This document shows, one piece after another, positions 50,696-60,409 of a stretch of DNA of 64,000 bases (positions within the stretch are counted from its first letter, which is position 1; each line of letters opens with the position of its first letter). A program made the position numbers and the translations under genes. The notes beneath the pieces are model-generated. The model worked only from the letters and a program-made list of their open reading frames with translations, was not told where the DNA came from and did no database searches. This DNA is from an uncultured virus (IMG/VR IMGVR_UViG_3300020182_000026) (taxonomy: Duplodnaviria; Heunggongvirae; Uroviricota; Caudoviricetes): the IMG/VR virus record IMGVR_UViG_3300020182_000026, positions 1 through 64,000 of that record; one strand, written 5' to 3'.

Positions 50696-50715
50696 AAAAA
50701 ATACAGGATATAAAA

Positions 50716-52407
50716 ATGGCAACTTGGAAAAAATACTTTAAAACATACGATGGTCTCCCACAACGAGACTCGTCATCGTCTAATCAAGGATCGGAAGCAT
50801 CCAATAAGCGTTATAGCAGTTGGTTACCTGAAGTTTATCAGGGACAACCAAACCGTGTGCAACGTTATGGGCAGTACGACCAAATGGACTTAGATAGTGA
50901 AGTGAATGCGGCATTGGATATTATTGCTGAATTTTCAACACTACAAGATGAAAACTCTAGGTTGCCATTTAAGTTTGACTTCCCAGAAGATCCAACTGAA
51001 TCTGAGAATGATGTTCTACAGCGTACACTACGACAGTGGTGTTCAGTTAACGAAATGAACAAACGTGTTTTCCGTATCTTCCGAAATGCCATTAAGTACG
51101 GTGACCAAATCTTTGTTCGTGATCCAGAAACATATAAACTATTTTGGGTCGATCCTGCTAAAGTAGATAAAGTAGTTGTCAACGAAGGCAAAGGCAAGAA
51201 AGTAGAAGCATATTATATCAAAGATATTGATATCAATATGGAAAGTATGAATATCACTGCCGATGCAAACAAACTTACACAAACAGGTGCAGGTGCATCA
51301 GGTATGCCTAACTTGAATAGTAATACTACTCAAGGTTATACTGGTGGTTCGGCAGGCGGCTCACGTTTCGCAAACGACCAATCATCTACGCCAGTAGATG
51401 CGGCACACGTTATTCACATTTCATTGAATGAAGGTATCGATGGCTTCTGGCCTTTTGGTACTTCTATTCTTGAACCAATCTTTAAAGTATATAAACAAAA
51501 AGAACTACTAGAAGACGCTATTCTAATATATCGTGTACAACGTGCGCCAGAACGTAGAGTGTTCTATATTGATGTTGGTAACATGCCAACACACAAAGCA
51601 CGTGCGCACCTAGAGCGTATTAAGAATGAAATTCATCAAAGACGTATTCCAAGTAAGACTGGTGGCGGACAAACTGTTACTGATAGTGCTTACAATCCAC
51701 TATCAATTATGGAAGATTACTTCTTTGCACAAACAGCAGAAGGTCGTGGTTCTAAAGTTGAAACACTACCAGGCGGTGAGAACTTAGGACAAATCGATGA
51801 TTTGAAATACTTCAATGACAAGTTATTACGTGGTTTGCGTGTTCCAGCTTCATACTTAGGTGGTATGGATGACGGCGGAGCAACAGTTAATGATGGTCGT
51901 GTAGGTACAGCAATGATTGCTGAATTTAGATTTACAAAGTTTTGTGAGCGTTTACAAGCACTTATTGTTGAACAACTAGACAACGAGTTTAAGATGTTCT
52001 GTAAAAATCGCGGCGTACAAGTAGAAAGTTCGCGTTTCTCATTACAATTTAATACTCCTCAGAACTTCGGCAAGTTCCGTCAAGCAGAAGTAGACCAAGT
52101 TGCTATGAATGTATTCTCAAGTATCGAAGGTGCGGACTATATTAGTAAACGTTTTGCACTACAGCGTTTCTTAGGACTAACAGAAGATGAGATCCTAGAA
52201 AATGAAAAGCTATGGCGCCAAGAAAACGGCGACACCGATGAACTTGCAGGAGCAAGTGACAATCTTAAAGGTGTCGGGGCAGCTCCTTCTCCTGATGACT
52301 TAGGTGGGGGCGATGATTTTGACTTCGATGAAACTGATCAAGATGATACAGATGACGGTTCACCGATATCTGGTGCAGAAAACGCAGAAACAGACGAAGA
52401 AGTATAA
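50716..52407 (+). CDS. gp20: portal vertex protein (T4 gp20-like)
   Basis: EDAILIYRVQRAPERRVFYIDVGNMP, MEDYFF, VETLPGGENLG, LRVPASYL. Confidence 0.95.
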   Translation: MATWKKYFKTYDGLPQRDSSSSNQGSEASNKRYSSWLPEVYQGQPNRVQRYGQYDQMDLDSEVNAALDIIAEFSTLQDENSRLPFKFDFPEDPTESENDVLQRTLRQWCSVNEMNKRVFRIFRNAIKYGDQIFVRDPETYKLFWVDPAKVDKVVVNEGKGKKVEAYYIKDIDINMESMNITADANKLTQTGAGASGMPNLNSNTTQGYTGGSAGGSRFANDQSSTPVDAAHVIHISLNEGIDGFWPFGTSILEPIFKVYKQKELLEDAILIYRVQRAPERRVFYIDVGNMPTHKARAHLERIKNEIHQRRIPSKTGGGQTVTDSAYNPLSIMEDYFFAQTAEGRGSKVETLPGGENLGQIDDLKYFNDKLLRGLRVPASYLGGMDDGGATVNDGRVGTAMIAEFRFTKFCERLQALIVEQLDNEFKMFCKNRGVQVESSRFSLQFNTPQNFGKFRQAEVDQVAMNVFSSIEGADYISKRFALQRFLGLTEDEILENEKLWRQENGDTDELAGASDNLKGVGAAPSPDDLGGGDDFDFDETDQDDTDDGSPISGAENAETDEEV

Positions 52408-52410
52408 ATA
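52403..52410 (+). promoter_or_regulatory. T4 late promoter TATAAATA
   Basis: exact octamer overlapping portal stop. Confidence 0.65.
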
Positions 52411-52415
52411 CTACT

Positions 52416-52637
52416 ATGAGATATTCAGACCTAACAGAAAACTATTCTCCTGACGAGGATAATCATAATAGTAGAGAGATAGATGATACACGTAAGGATC
52501 GTCTAACTCTTATCCACCTAGCAAAGTTGCGTAAAATACGTGAGTATCGTAAGTACCAAGAAGGTATTAAATCACAGCAGGTACAACGCCAATACAAAGG
52601 CTCAGGTGACGATGGCGGCGGGGATATGGAGCTTTAA
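52416..52637 (+). CDS. small head-module protein
   Basis: 73 aa; DDTRKDRLTL..L.KLRK; between portal and core genes. Confidence 0.7.
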   Translation: MRYSDLTENYSPDEDNHNSREIDDTRKDRLTLIHLAKLRKIREYRKYQEGIKSQQVQRQYKGSGDDGGGDMEL

Positions 52638-52697
52638 TTCATATTAAGTAGTAAGTTTTACTATATACGTCACATACTAAATATCTCTACGACAATG

Positions 52698-52724
52698 AAA
52701 CGGCTCAAAAGTAGCCGTTTTTTT
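52698..52724 (+). terminator. intrinsic terminator
   Basis: AAACGGCT-caaaagt-AGCCGTTT plus T run. Confidence 0.75.
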
Positions 52725-52753
52725 GCATTTCCCTATTATACACTATCTTTGCC

Positions 52754-52761
52754 TATAAATA
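52754..52761 (+). promoter_or_regulatory. T4 late promoter TATAAATA for head operon
   Basis: exact octamer about 70 nt upstream of the acidic core gene. Confidence 0.75.
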
Positions 52762-52831
52762 CTTTTGAAACAAAGAGTGTTTCTACAACCGCCACAGAAA
52801 GCAGTGGCTTTTTAGATAAGGAGACATTAAT

Positions 52832-53674
52832 ATGTCAAGCAAGCTAGAACAAGTACTAGAACTTCTTATCAACGAGGAGCGTGAAGCAGCGGAAGAGCTA
52901 CTGCACGATTTTATCGTAGAAAATGCTCGTCAGATCCACGAGGAACTACTGAACGAAAGTGATGAAGTAGTAGAAGAAGAACTTGAGGAACTAGACGAGT
53001 CAGACGATATCGTTGAGCTAGAAGACGAAGCATCAGAACTAGAAGATGATGCATCAGAAATCGAAAACGAAGAATTCTATGACGAAGACGAAATGGAAGA
53101 TGAAGAAGCAATCGATGATCTAGAAATGGATGACGATGCTGAAGCAGAAGACGAAGGCGTTGAAGCACGTGTAGATGACCTAGAGTCAGCACTTGCAGAA
53201 CTAGAAGCAGAATTCGAAAAAATTATGTCAGGTGAAGACGATGACATGGAAGACGAAGCAGACGATATGGATGCGGAAGACGAAATGGAAGAGTCATTTG
53301 AACTAGAACTAGACGAGTCAGAAGACGAAGACCTAGAAGAAGGTGAAGAACTTGACCTAGAAGAATCAGAAGATGACGCAGAAGAAGATGAAGACCTAAA
53401 TGAGTACGTAACTCCAGTGTCAGCATCAGCAGGCGACAACGGTGATAACACATCATCAACAGTTAATGCAAATCCAAAGCGCCCAGGCGATGATTCAAAT
53501 GCAGCACCAGTAAAAGCGAATGATGGTAACACATCAGGCGGCAAAGGTGACGCACCAAAAGATATGAATACAAAGAATGTAAACGTATCAGGTAACTCAA
53601 AATCACCAGCAATGTCAAATCAAGCGGCAAAGCCAGGTGATAACGGCGTGAATAACAAGTCAATCACATCGTAA
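52832..53674 (+). CDS. highly acidic prohead core/scaffold-like protein
   Basis: extreme Asp/Glu content; between portal and protease; AGGAGA RBS. Confidence 0.7.
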   Translation: MSSKLEQVLELLINEEREAAEELLHDFIVENARQIHEELLNESDEVVEEELEELDESDDIVELEDEASELEDDASEIENEEFYDEDEMEDEEAIDDLEMDDDAEAEDEGVEARVDDLESALAELEAEFEKIMSGEDDDMEDEADDMDAEDEMEESFELELDESEDEDLEEGEELDLEESEDDAEEDEDLNEYVTPVSASAGDNGDNTSSTVNANPKRPGDDSNAAPVKANDGNTSGGKGDAPKDMNTKNVNVSGNSKSPAMSNQAAKPGDNGVNNKSITS

Positions 53675-53698
53675 ACTAAATTCTATTTGGAGAAACCA

Positions 53699-54328
53699 AT
53701 GACCGTTCTTATTGAAAGATTTTCACACAGTCAAGCAGGCGTTAAAACCCGCATTGTCGAAGGTGAAGACGGTGGAAAAAACATGTTTATGGAAGGCATT
53801 TTCGTCCAAGGTGGCGTTAAGAATGCTAACCAGCGTGTTTACCCGGTTTCAGAAATCTCAAGAGCAGTAGAAAGCGTTCAGAAAAAAATCTCTGAAGGCT
53901 TCCCTGTTCTAGGTGAATGTGATCATCCACCAGAATTAACAGTTAACGTTGACCGTGTGTCCCATATTATTGAAAATATGTGGATGGACGGACCGAACGG
54001 CTATGGTAAACTTAAAATTGTTCCTACACCAATGGGCAACATCATCAGAACACTAATCGAATCAGGCGCTACATTGGGTGTCTCGTCTCGTGGTTCAGGT
54101 GAAGTTGGCAATGATGGTAACGTGAGTAACTTTGAGATTGTAACTGTAGATATCGTAGCTCAGCCTAGTGCTCCAGAAGCATATCCAAAGGCTATCTACG
54201 AAGGATTAATGAACATGAAGGGCGGCTATCAAACTTGGCAGCTTGCACAGAGTGTTCAACACGACAAGGCGGCACAGAAGTACTTGTCAGAAGAAATAGT
54301 AAAGTTCATTCGTGAACTTAAACTGTAA
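53699..54328 (+). CDS. gp21: prohead core protease (T4 gp21-like)
   Basis: NANQRVYP, LGECDHP, RVSH, TPMG, LGVSSRGSG, DIVAQPSAPEAY. Confidence 0.93.
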   Translation: MTVLIERFSHSQAGVKTRIVEGEDGGKNMFMEGIFVQGGVKNANQRVYPVSEISRAVESVQKKISEGFPVLGECDHPPELTVNVDRVSHIIENMWMDGPNGYGKLKIVPTPMGNIIRTLIESGATLGVSSRGSGEVGNDGNVSNFEIVTVDIVAQPSAPEAYPKAIYEGLMNMKGGYQTWQLAQSVQHDKAAQKYLSEEIVKFIRELKL

Positions 54329-54343
54329 ACAGGAGAAGCAACA

Positions 54344-55453
54344 ATGGCAACAGAAATCCTTGCTAACCTTCTAGAGTCCGGCGCACTAAGCGAAGAAGCT
54401 GGTGCGGCTATTAAAGAGGCTATGGAAGCAAAACTAAATGAAGCAAGAGAGGAAATTACAGCCGAGTTGCGTGAAGAATTCGCACAAAAGTTTGAACATG
54501 ACAAAGGTGTTATCGTTGAAGCAATGGATAATATGCTAACTACAGCAATCCAAGCTGAGATGACTGAGTTTAAGTCAGACCGTGAATCTCTAATCGCAGA
54601 ACGAGTTGCGTATAAGAAAGCAATTTCTGAACACGCTAAAATCCTTGAAAAATTCATTACTTCTCAACTTGCAGCAGAAGTTAAGGAACTACAAGCTGAC
54701 CGTGCAAAAGTAGCTGAAAATCTAGAAACGACAAAATCGTTTGTAGTGAAGCAACTTTCACGTGAACTTGCAGAATTCCATAACGACAAGCGTGAATTAG
54801 TAGAAACTAAAGTACGCATGGTAGCAGAAGGCAAACAACTTCTTAACAAAACAAAAGAATCATTTGTCAAGCGTTCAGCAGAGCTAGTAGAGAACACAAT
54901 CTCTAATGCTCTACGTTCAGAAATCGCAATGCTTAAAGAGGACATCACAGCGGCTAAAGAAAACGAATTTGGTCGTAAGTTGTTTGAAGCATTCGCAGGT
55001 GAATTCATGTCATCACAATTAAATGAAGGCACAGAAGTAGCTAAAGTGAACAAAAAGCTAAACGAAACTGCTAACAAAGTTGCAGAATTAGAAGCAGTGA
55101 TTACTGCTAAAGAAGCAGATATTGCTACAGCGCAAAAAGCAAAGCGCGTAATGGAAGATCGTATGAATCGCAAAGCGAAACTAGACGAACTACTATCACC
55201 ACTTGCTGGTCAAAAGCGTGAAGTAATGTCAGACTTACTTGAATCAGTGAAAACAACTAATTTAAAAACAGCTTTTAAGAAATATCTACCAGCTGTTTTA
55301 AATGAATCAGTTTCAGCGCAAGCGGAAACAAAAACCCTAACAGAAAGCAAAGTTACAGAACACACTGGTGACCGCGTTGTAAAAGAAACAACACAGTCAA
55401 CAGGTGACGATGCTGATATAGTCGTGCTAAGAAAACTAGCCGGTCTAAAGTAA
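54344..55453 (+). CDS. gp22: prohead core scaffold protein (T4 gp22-like)
   Basis: coiled-coil, Glu/Ala-rich, FGRKLFEAF; between protease and capsid genes. Confidence 0.8.
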   Translation: MATEILANLLESGALSEEAGAAIKEAMEAKLNEAREEITAELREEFAQKFEHDKGVIVEAMDNMLTTAIQAEMTEFKSDRESLIAERVAYKKAISEHAKILEKFITSQLAAEVKELQADRAKVAENLETTKSFVVKQLSRELAEFHNDKRELVETKVRMVAEGKQLLNKTKESFVKRSAELVENTISNALRSEIAMLKEDITAAKENEFGRKLFEAFAGEFMSSQLNEGTEVAKVNKKLNETANKVAELEAVITAKEADIATAQKAKRVMEDRMNRKAKLDELLSPLAGQKREVMSDLLESVKTTNLKTAFKKYLPAVLNESVSAQAETKTLTESKVTEHTGDRVVKETTQSTGDDADIVVLRKLAGLK

Positions 55454-55481
55454 TTAACCAGAACACAGGAGAATCAAACAG

Positions 55482-56642
55482 ATGGAAAATCTTTTTGAAG
55501 GTAACAACTGGGACAACACACGTGATGCGCTACTAGAAGGTCTAGAAGGCACAAAACGTGACGTAATGTCATCAGTACTAAACAACACAAAAGTAGCTCT
55601 TGCAGAATCAGCAACAGCAGGCGCAACACAAGCAGGTAACATTGCGACACTAAACAAAGTGATCCTACCAGTTATCCGTCGTGTAATGCCAACAGTTATT
55701 GCAAACGAAATCATCGGCGTACAGCCAATGACTGGTCCAGTGGGTCAGATTCACACACTACGTGTACGTTATGCAGACAACGCAGCAGGCGTAACAGCAG
55801 GCCAAGAAGCTCTATCACCATTCGATATTGCTAAGTCATACTCAGGCGCAAACGGCTCGGCACCAGCAGCAACAGCAGCAATGGAAGGTACAGCGGGTAA
55901 CCGTATGTCAATCCAAGTAATGAAGCAAACTGTTGAAGCAAAAACACGTAAGCTATCAGCACGTTGGACATTCGAAGCGGCACAAGACGCTAACGCAATG
56001 CACGGTCTAGACGTAGAAGCAGAAATCATGGCAGCACTTGCTATGGAAATCACAGCAGAAATCGACCAAGAAGTTCTAGGTTCACTAGAAAATCTAGCGA
56101 CAACTGGTGCGACTTTCGACATGACAAACACACAGTTTACTGGTACACCAACATTCGTAGGTGATCGTCATGCAGTTCTAGCAACTCTAATCAACCAACA
56201 AGCTAACCTAGTAGCACAGCGCACACGTCGCGGTGCAGCAAACTGGGCAGTTGTTTCACCAGCAGCACTAACAGTGCTACAGTCAGCAACTACATCAGCT
56301 TTCGCACGTACAACAGAAGGTACATTCGAAGCGCCAACAAACACAAAGTTCGTAGGCACACTAAACGGCACAATGCGCGTATATGTAAACACATATGCAA
56401 ATGACGCAGCACCAGTTCTACTAGGCTATAAAGGCTCAGGCGAAATCGATGCAGCAGCATTCTATTGCCCATACGTACCGCTAATGTCATCAGGCGTTGT
56501 TGTGGATCCACAGTCATTCGAACCAGTAGTGTCATTCATGACTCGTTACGGTTACGTTGAGCTAACAAACACAGCATCATCACTAGGTAACGCAGCAGAT
56601 TACGTTTCAAAAATCGAAGTTGCAAACCTAGCATTCGTATAA
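55482..56642 (+). CDS. gp23: major capsid protein (T4 gp23-like)
   Basis: IRRVMPTVIANEIIGVQPMTGP, AKTRKLSARWTFE, AFYCPYVPL, FMTRYG. Confidence 0.95.
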   Translation: MENLFEGNNWDNTRDALLEGLEGTKRDVMSSVLNNTKVALAESATAGATQAGNIATLNKVILPVIRRVMPTVIANEIIGVQPMTGPVGQIHTLRVRYADNAAGVTAGQEALSPFDIAKSYSGANGSAPAATAAMEGTAGNRMSIQVMKQTVEAKTRKLSARWTFEAAQDANAMHGLDVEAEIMAALAMEITAEIDQEVLGSLENLATTGATFDMTNTQFTGTPTFVGDRHAVLATLINQQANLVAQRTRRGAANWAVVSPAALTVLQSATTSAFARTTEGTFEAPTNTKFVGTLNGTMRVYVNTYANDAAPVLLGYKGSGEIDAAAFYCPYVPLMSSGVVVDPQSFEPVVSFMTRYGYVELTNTASSLGNAADYVSKIEVANLAFV

Positions 56643-56668
56643 GTTTTACTTAAACGATTACTAATATT

Positions 56669-56697
56669 AACCCGGGAGGAAACTCCCGGGTTTTTTT
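56669..56697 (+). terminator. intrinsic terminator after major capsid gene
   Basis: AACCCGGGAG-gaaa-CTCCCGGGTT plus T run. Confidence 0.9.
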
Positions 56698-56755
56698 ATG
56701 TTCTAAGTTAAATCTGATAAATAGACATAACACAATCTAAGTTTGGAAGAATAAC

Positions 56756-58456
56756 ATGGCAGAACAAATAAAATTTGACGACCGATTATTTCTAAGAGGT
56801 GAGAAAGTTCTATTTGATAATGGTACAGAAGATGCTATTATCGAATCAAGAAATGGCACCTTAGTTATTAAAGGCAATCTGATAGTTGATGGTACGACAA
56901 CATCAGTTAATACAATCAATACTGAAATATCAGATCCATTTATGTTACTTAATAGTGAACATACTGGTTCAGCATCAGACGATGTTGGTATTGAAATTCA
57001 GAGAGATGTAGACGGAAATGTCAAGTTCGGTTGGGACGAAACGAATGACAGATGGACAACATTTGGAGAAACATTCTATTCCGGTAATATTGAAGCAGAT
57101 ACAATTCTTGCAAATACAAGTATCACTGGGCCGCTTATTTCTTCTAATGTCAATATAACTGGCGGCAATATCAACGGTACTGTAATTGGTGACACTAATC
57201 CAGTGCAAGCATACTTTACTGACATCTATGGTGACGGTACAAATATCACTAATGTTCTTACAAACTATACAACAACAGACTTAGCTGAAGGCACAAACTT
57301 ATATTACACAGATGAGCGTGTTGATGATAGAATTAGTAATCTATTTGACGCATCGTATGGTATTTCTGCTACATACACTGACCCTGCAAATACTTTTGAA
57401 ATTAGTTTTGATGCTACAAATATAGGCACTGGTGAACAAATTCTTGATACTACTAACACCACACAAGCAGCATTTAGAACACTTTCATCAGGTCCTAACT
57501 TAGACTTAACTGTTTCAACAGACGGCGATAATATTGTTGTAGATACAGCAGTTAAAATTAATAATTTAGAATTCAATACGTTTACTGGCACTGGTTCTGT
57601 TAGTCAGTTTGTACTTCCTTATACTGTATCGCAAGATTGGCAAGTCCTAGTCTACATTGATGGTGTAGTACAAGAACCAACAACATCATACACGATGGCT
57701 GGTAATACATTGACACTATCAGCGCCACTCGCACTAAGTTCTGTTATGAATATAATTAAGATGGCAAGTAACACAGTTGCATCAACTGTTGCAGATGCAG
57801 ATACATTGAATACATTTGCAGGATCTTATTACTTAGATTATGCAAACTTTACTAATACGCCTACTATCCCAACAGTTCCGACAAACGTAAGCGCATTCAC
57901 AAACGATGCAAACTACATTACATCAGCCGCAATACCAACAAACCATATGGTAAATGATGCTAACAACACAGTAGCAGGTTCAATTTCGCCATCACAAGAT
58001 GCGACATACGATTTGGGAACAGCGACAGAACAATGGAATGTAATTTATGGACATACAGTAGAAGCAACATACGCTGACCTTGCAGAGAGATATTCAGCAG
58101 ATGCTCCTTATGAACCAGGTACTGTTCTAGTATTTGGCGGCGAAGCAGAAATTACAACAACTACGATGATAGCAGATACTAAAGTAGTTGGTATCGTTTC
58201 AACTGATCCAGCACTTAAAATGAATTCAGCAGCAGGTAATTCACAGACGCATCCTTATATTGCTCTTAAAGGCAGAGTGCCATGCAAAGTAATCGGCAAA
58301 GTCGAAAAGGGAGACCTGTTGGTAACATCAGATAGACCTGGGTACGCTAAAACATCACTGGGTGTTCCAATGATTGGTACTGTAATTGGCAAAGCAATTG
58401 AAGCAAAGCCGGGAACAGGTGAAGGAATAGTCGAAGTATTTGTGAGTATGATGTAA
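56756..58456 (+). CDS. tail fibre/appendage-like protein with C-terminal chaperone-like domain
   Basis: GNLIVDGTTT, DLAEGTNLYYTD repeat, C-terminal YADLAERY...ALKGRVP...IGKA; GATAAATA at 56716. Confidence 0.7.
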   Translation: MAEQIKFDDRLFLRGEKVLFDNGTEDAIIESRNGTLVIKGNLIVDGTTTSVNTINTEISDPFMLLNSEHTGSASDDVGIEIQRDVDGNVKFGWDETNDRWTTFGETFYSGNIEADTILANTSITGPLISSNVNITGGNINGTVIGDTNPVQAYFTDIYGDGTNITNVLTNYTTTDLAEGTNLYYTDERVDDRISNLFDASYGISATYTDPANTFEISFDATNIGTGEQILDTTNTTQAAFRTLSSGPNLDLTVSTDGDNIVVDTAVKINNLEFNTFTGTGSVSQFVLPYTVSQDWQVLVYIDGVVQEPTTSYTMAGNTLTLSAPLALSSVMNIIKMASNTVASTVADADTLNTFAGSYYLDYANFTNTPTIPTVPTNVSAFTNDANYITSAAIPTNHMVNDANNTVAGSISPSQDATYDLGTATEQWNVIYGHTVEATYADLAERYSADAPYEPGTVLVFGGEAEITTTTMIADTKVVGIVSTDPALKMNSAAGNSQTHPYIALKGRVPCKVIGKVEKGDLLVTSDRPGYAKTSLGVPMIGTVIGKAIEAKPGTGEGIVEVFVSMM

Positions 58457-60396
58457 TGACTACAAATATTAATTCATATATTTTAGGTGCATCTACTGTA
58501 CAGAATACTAATTTGCACAATAGTGTATTCGGAACAACAGCAGGTACGGCAGTAGAAGGTGATACTCAGTTCACACTAAATGTTGGAGGAGATTTAACAG
58601 GCGGTGGAACTATTACGTTAGGTTCTGGTGGAACTCTTAATGTGAGTTATACTGGTCCTGTTATTCCTACGCTTATAAGTTCATTTACAAATGATAGTGG
58701 CTATCTAACATCATTTACTGAAACAGACCCAACAGTTCCAACACATGTAAAATCAATATCTGGATCTAATATAGCTAATTGGAATACAGCTTATGGATGG
58801 GGAGATCATTCACTAGTTGGATATCTAACATCATTCACCGAGACAGACCCAACAGTTCCAACACATGTAAAATCAATATCTGGATCTAATATAGCTAATT
58901 GGGATACAGCATATGGATGGGGAGATCATTCACTAGTTGGATATCTAACATCATTCACCGAGACAGATCCTATATTTCAGGCGCATCCTGTTTATAATAT
59001 TACTAATACAAAAATCACAGAGTGGGATACAGCATATGGATGGGGAGATCATTCGCTAGTTGGCTATCTAACATCATTCACAGAGACAGATCCTACTGTT
59101 CCAGGGTATGTAAAAGCTATTACATCAACTGAAATATCACATTGGAATACAGCTTATGGATGGGGAGATCACTCTACATATGGTTATATCACATCATTTA
59201 CTGATACAAATGATTATGTTAACAGCTTAACATTTTCTACATCAACTGGTCTTCTTACCTTAGGTAGAACTGGAACACTAAATGATTTGACTGTTGATTT
59301 AGATGGGCGCTATCAACTTACAGGCACATTCGCAGAGACCGATACGCTCGACAGTGTAACTACACGCGGTAATTCTACGACTAACGATATTACAGTACAT
59401 GATTTAATAGTCAATGGTAATCTAACAGTTGAAGGTACTACAGTAACAGTTAACGCAACAGAACTTGTAATTGAAGATAATATGATTTATCTAAACGATG
59501 GATCTACTATTACTAATCCTGACTTGGGTTGGGCAGGCAATTATAATGACGGTACATATAGACATGCCGGTATGTTTAGAGATGCAACTGACGGTATATT
59601 TAAAGCATTTGACGGTTACACACCAGAACCTGGGCAATCTATAGATATTGCACATGCAAGTTTTAGTCTTGCACCGCTACAAGCAGAAACATTTCACGGA
59701 CCATTAAATGGTAATGCGTCAACAGCAAGTTCATTGGCGACTGCACGTACTATTACATTATCAGGTGATGTTACTGGCTCGGCATCGTTTGATGGATCAT
59801 CAAATATTACGATTAATACAAGTGGTACATATTTGTCAAGTGCTTCATTTAATACAACAAATGGTGTACTGACTCTTACTAAAAATGATACGAATACAGT
59901 AACGGTTGACTTAGATGGTCGCTACACTGATAACGTAAATGCGGATGCAATGAATCAGGGTGTAGCAACAACTGACTCCCCTAATTTTGTTGATGTAACT
60001 GCTACTAACTTTCACGGCACTGCGACTACAGCAAAATATGCTGACCTTGCAGAAAAATATACAACAGAAATTGAACATCCGGTGGGAACTGTTATGATGG
60101 TTTCGTCATCAGATGACTACGAAACTTGTCCAGTTCAAACATTGGGATATCCGATTGGAGTAATTTCTGAGAATCCAGCATTCTTAATGAACGAAGAATG
60201 TGATGGGCAGGCACTAGCTCTTAAAGGTCGAGTACCAGTTAGAGTTGTAGGTAAAATTAAAAAAGGCGAAGCTGTTTTTGTATATGAGAATGGTACCGCA
60301 GGTAAACAATATAACGGTGCCCACATTGTTGGTATTGCACTAGAAACAAATACGGACGCAGGTGAAAAACTTGTTGAATGTGTATTAAAAACATAA
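58456..60396 (+). CDS. tail fibre/appendage-like protein with 40-aa tandem repeats
   Basis: ETDP...WNTAYGWGDH repeats; LATARTITLSGDV; C-terminal YADLAEKY...ALKGRVP. Confidence 0.7.
   Translation: MTTNINSYILGASTVQNTNLHNSVFGTTAGTAVEGDTQFTLNVGGDLTGGGTITLGSGGTLNVSYTGPVIPTLISSFTNDSGYLTSFTETDPTVPTHVKSISGSNIANWNTAYGWGDHSLVGYLTSFTETDPTVPTHVKSISGSNIANWDTAYGWGDHSLVGYLTSFTETDPIFQAHPVYNITNTKITEWDTAYGWGDHSLVGYLTSFTETDPTVPGYVKAITSTEISHWNTAYGWGDHSTYGYITSFTDTNDYVNSLTFSTSTGLLTLGRTGTLNDLTVDLDGRYQLTGTFAETDTLDSVTTRGNSTTNDITVHDLIVNGNLTVEGTTVTVNATELVIEDNMIYLNDGSTITNPDLGWAGNYNDGTYRHAGMFRDATDGIFKAFDGYTPEPGQSIDIAHASFSLAPLQAETFHGPLNGNASTASSLATARTITLSGDVTGSASFDGSSNITINTSGTYLSSASFNTTNGVLTLTKNDTNTVTVDLDGRYTDNVNADAMNQGVATTDSPNFVDVTATNFHGTATTAKYADLAEKYTTEIEHPVGTVMMVSSSDDYETCPVQTLGYPIGVISENPAFLMNEECDGQALALKGRVPVRVVGKIKKGEAVFVYENGTAGKQYNGAHIVGIALETNTDAGEKLVECVLKT
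58702..59205 (+). repeat. in-frame tandem repeat, four ~120-bp units plus a partial fifth
   Basis: unit starts at 58702, 58822, 58942, 59065, 59185. Confidence 0.9.
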
Positions 60397-60409
60397 AGGT
60401 TGAGAACTA

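Noticed and set aside
52911..56535. Several minus-strand ORFs over the head genes
   Set aside because: Shadows of strongly biased, highly expressed plus-strand genes
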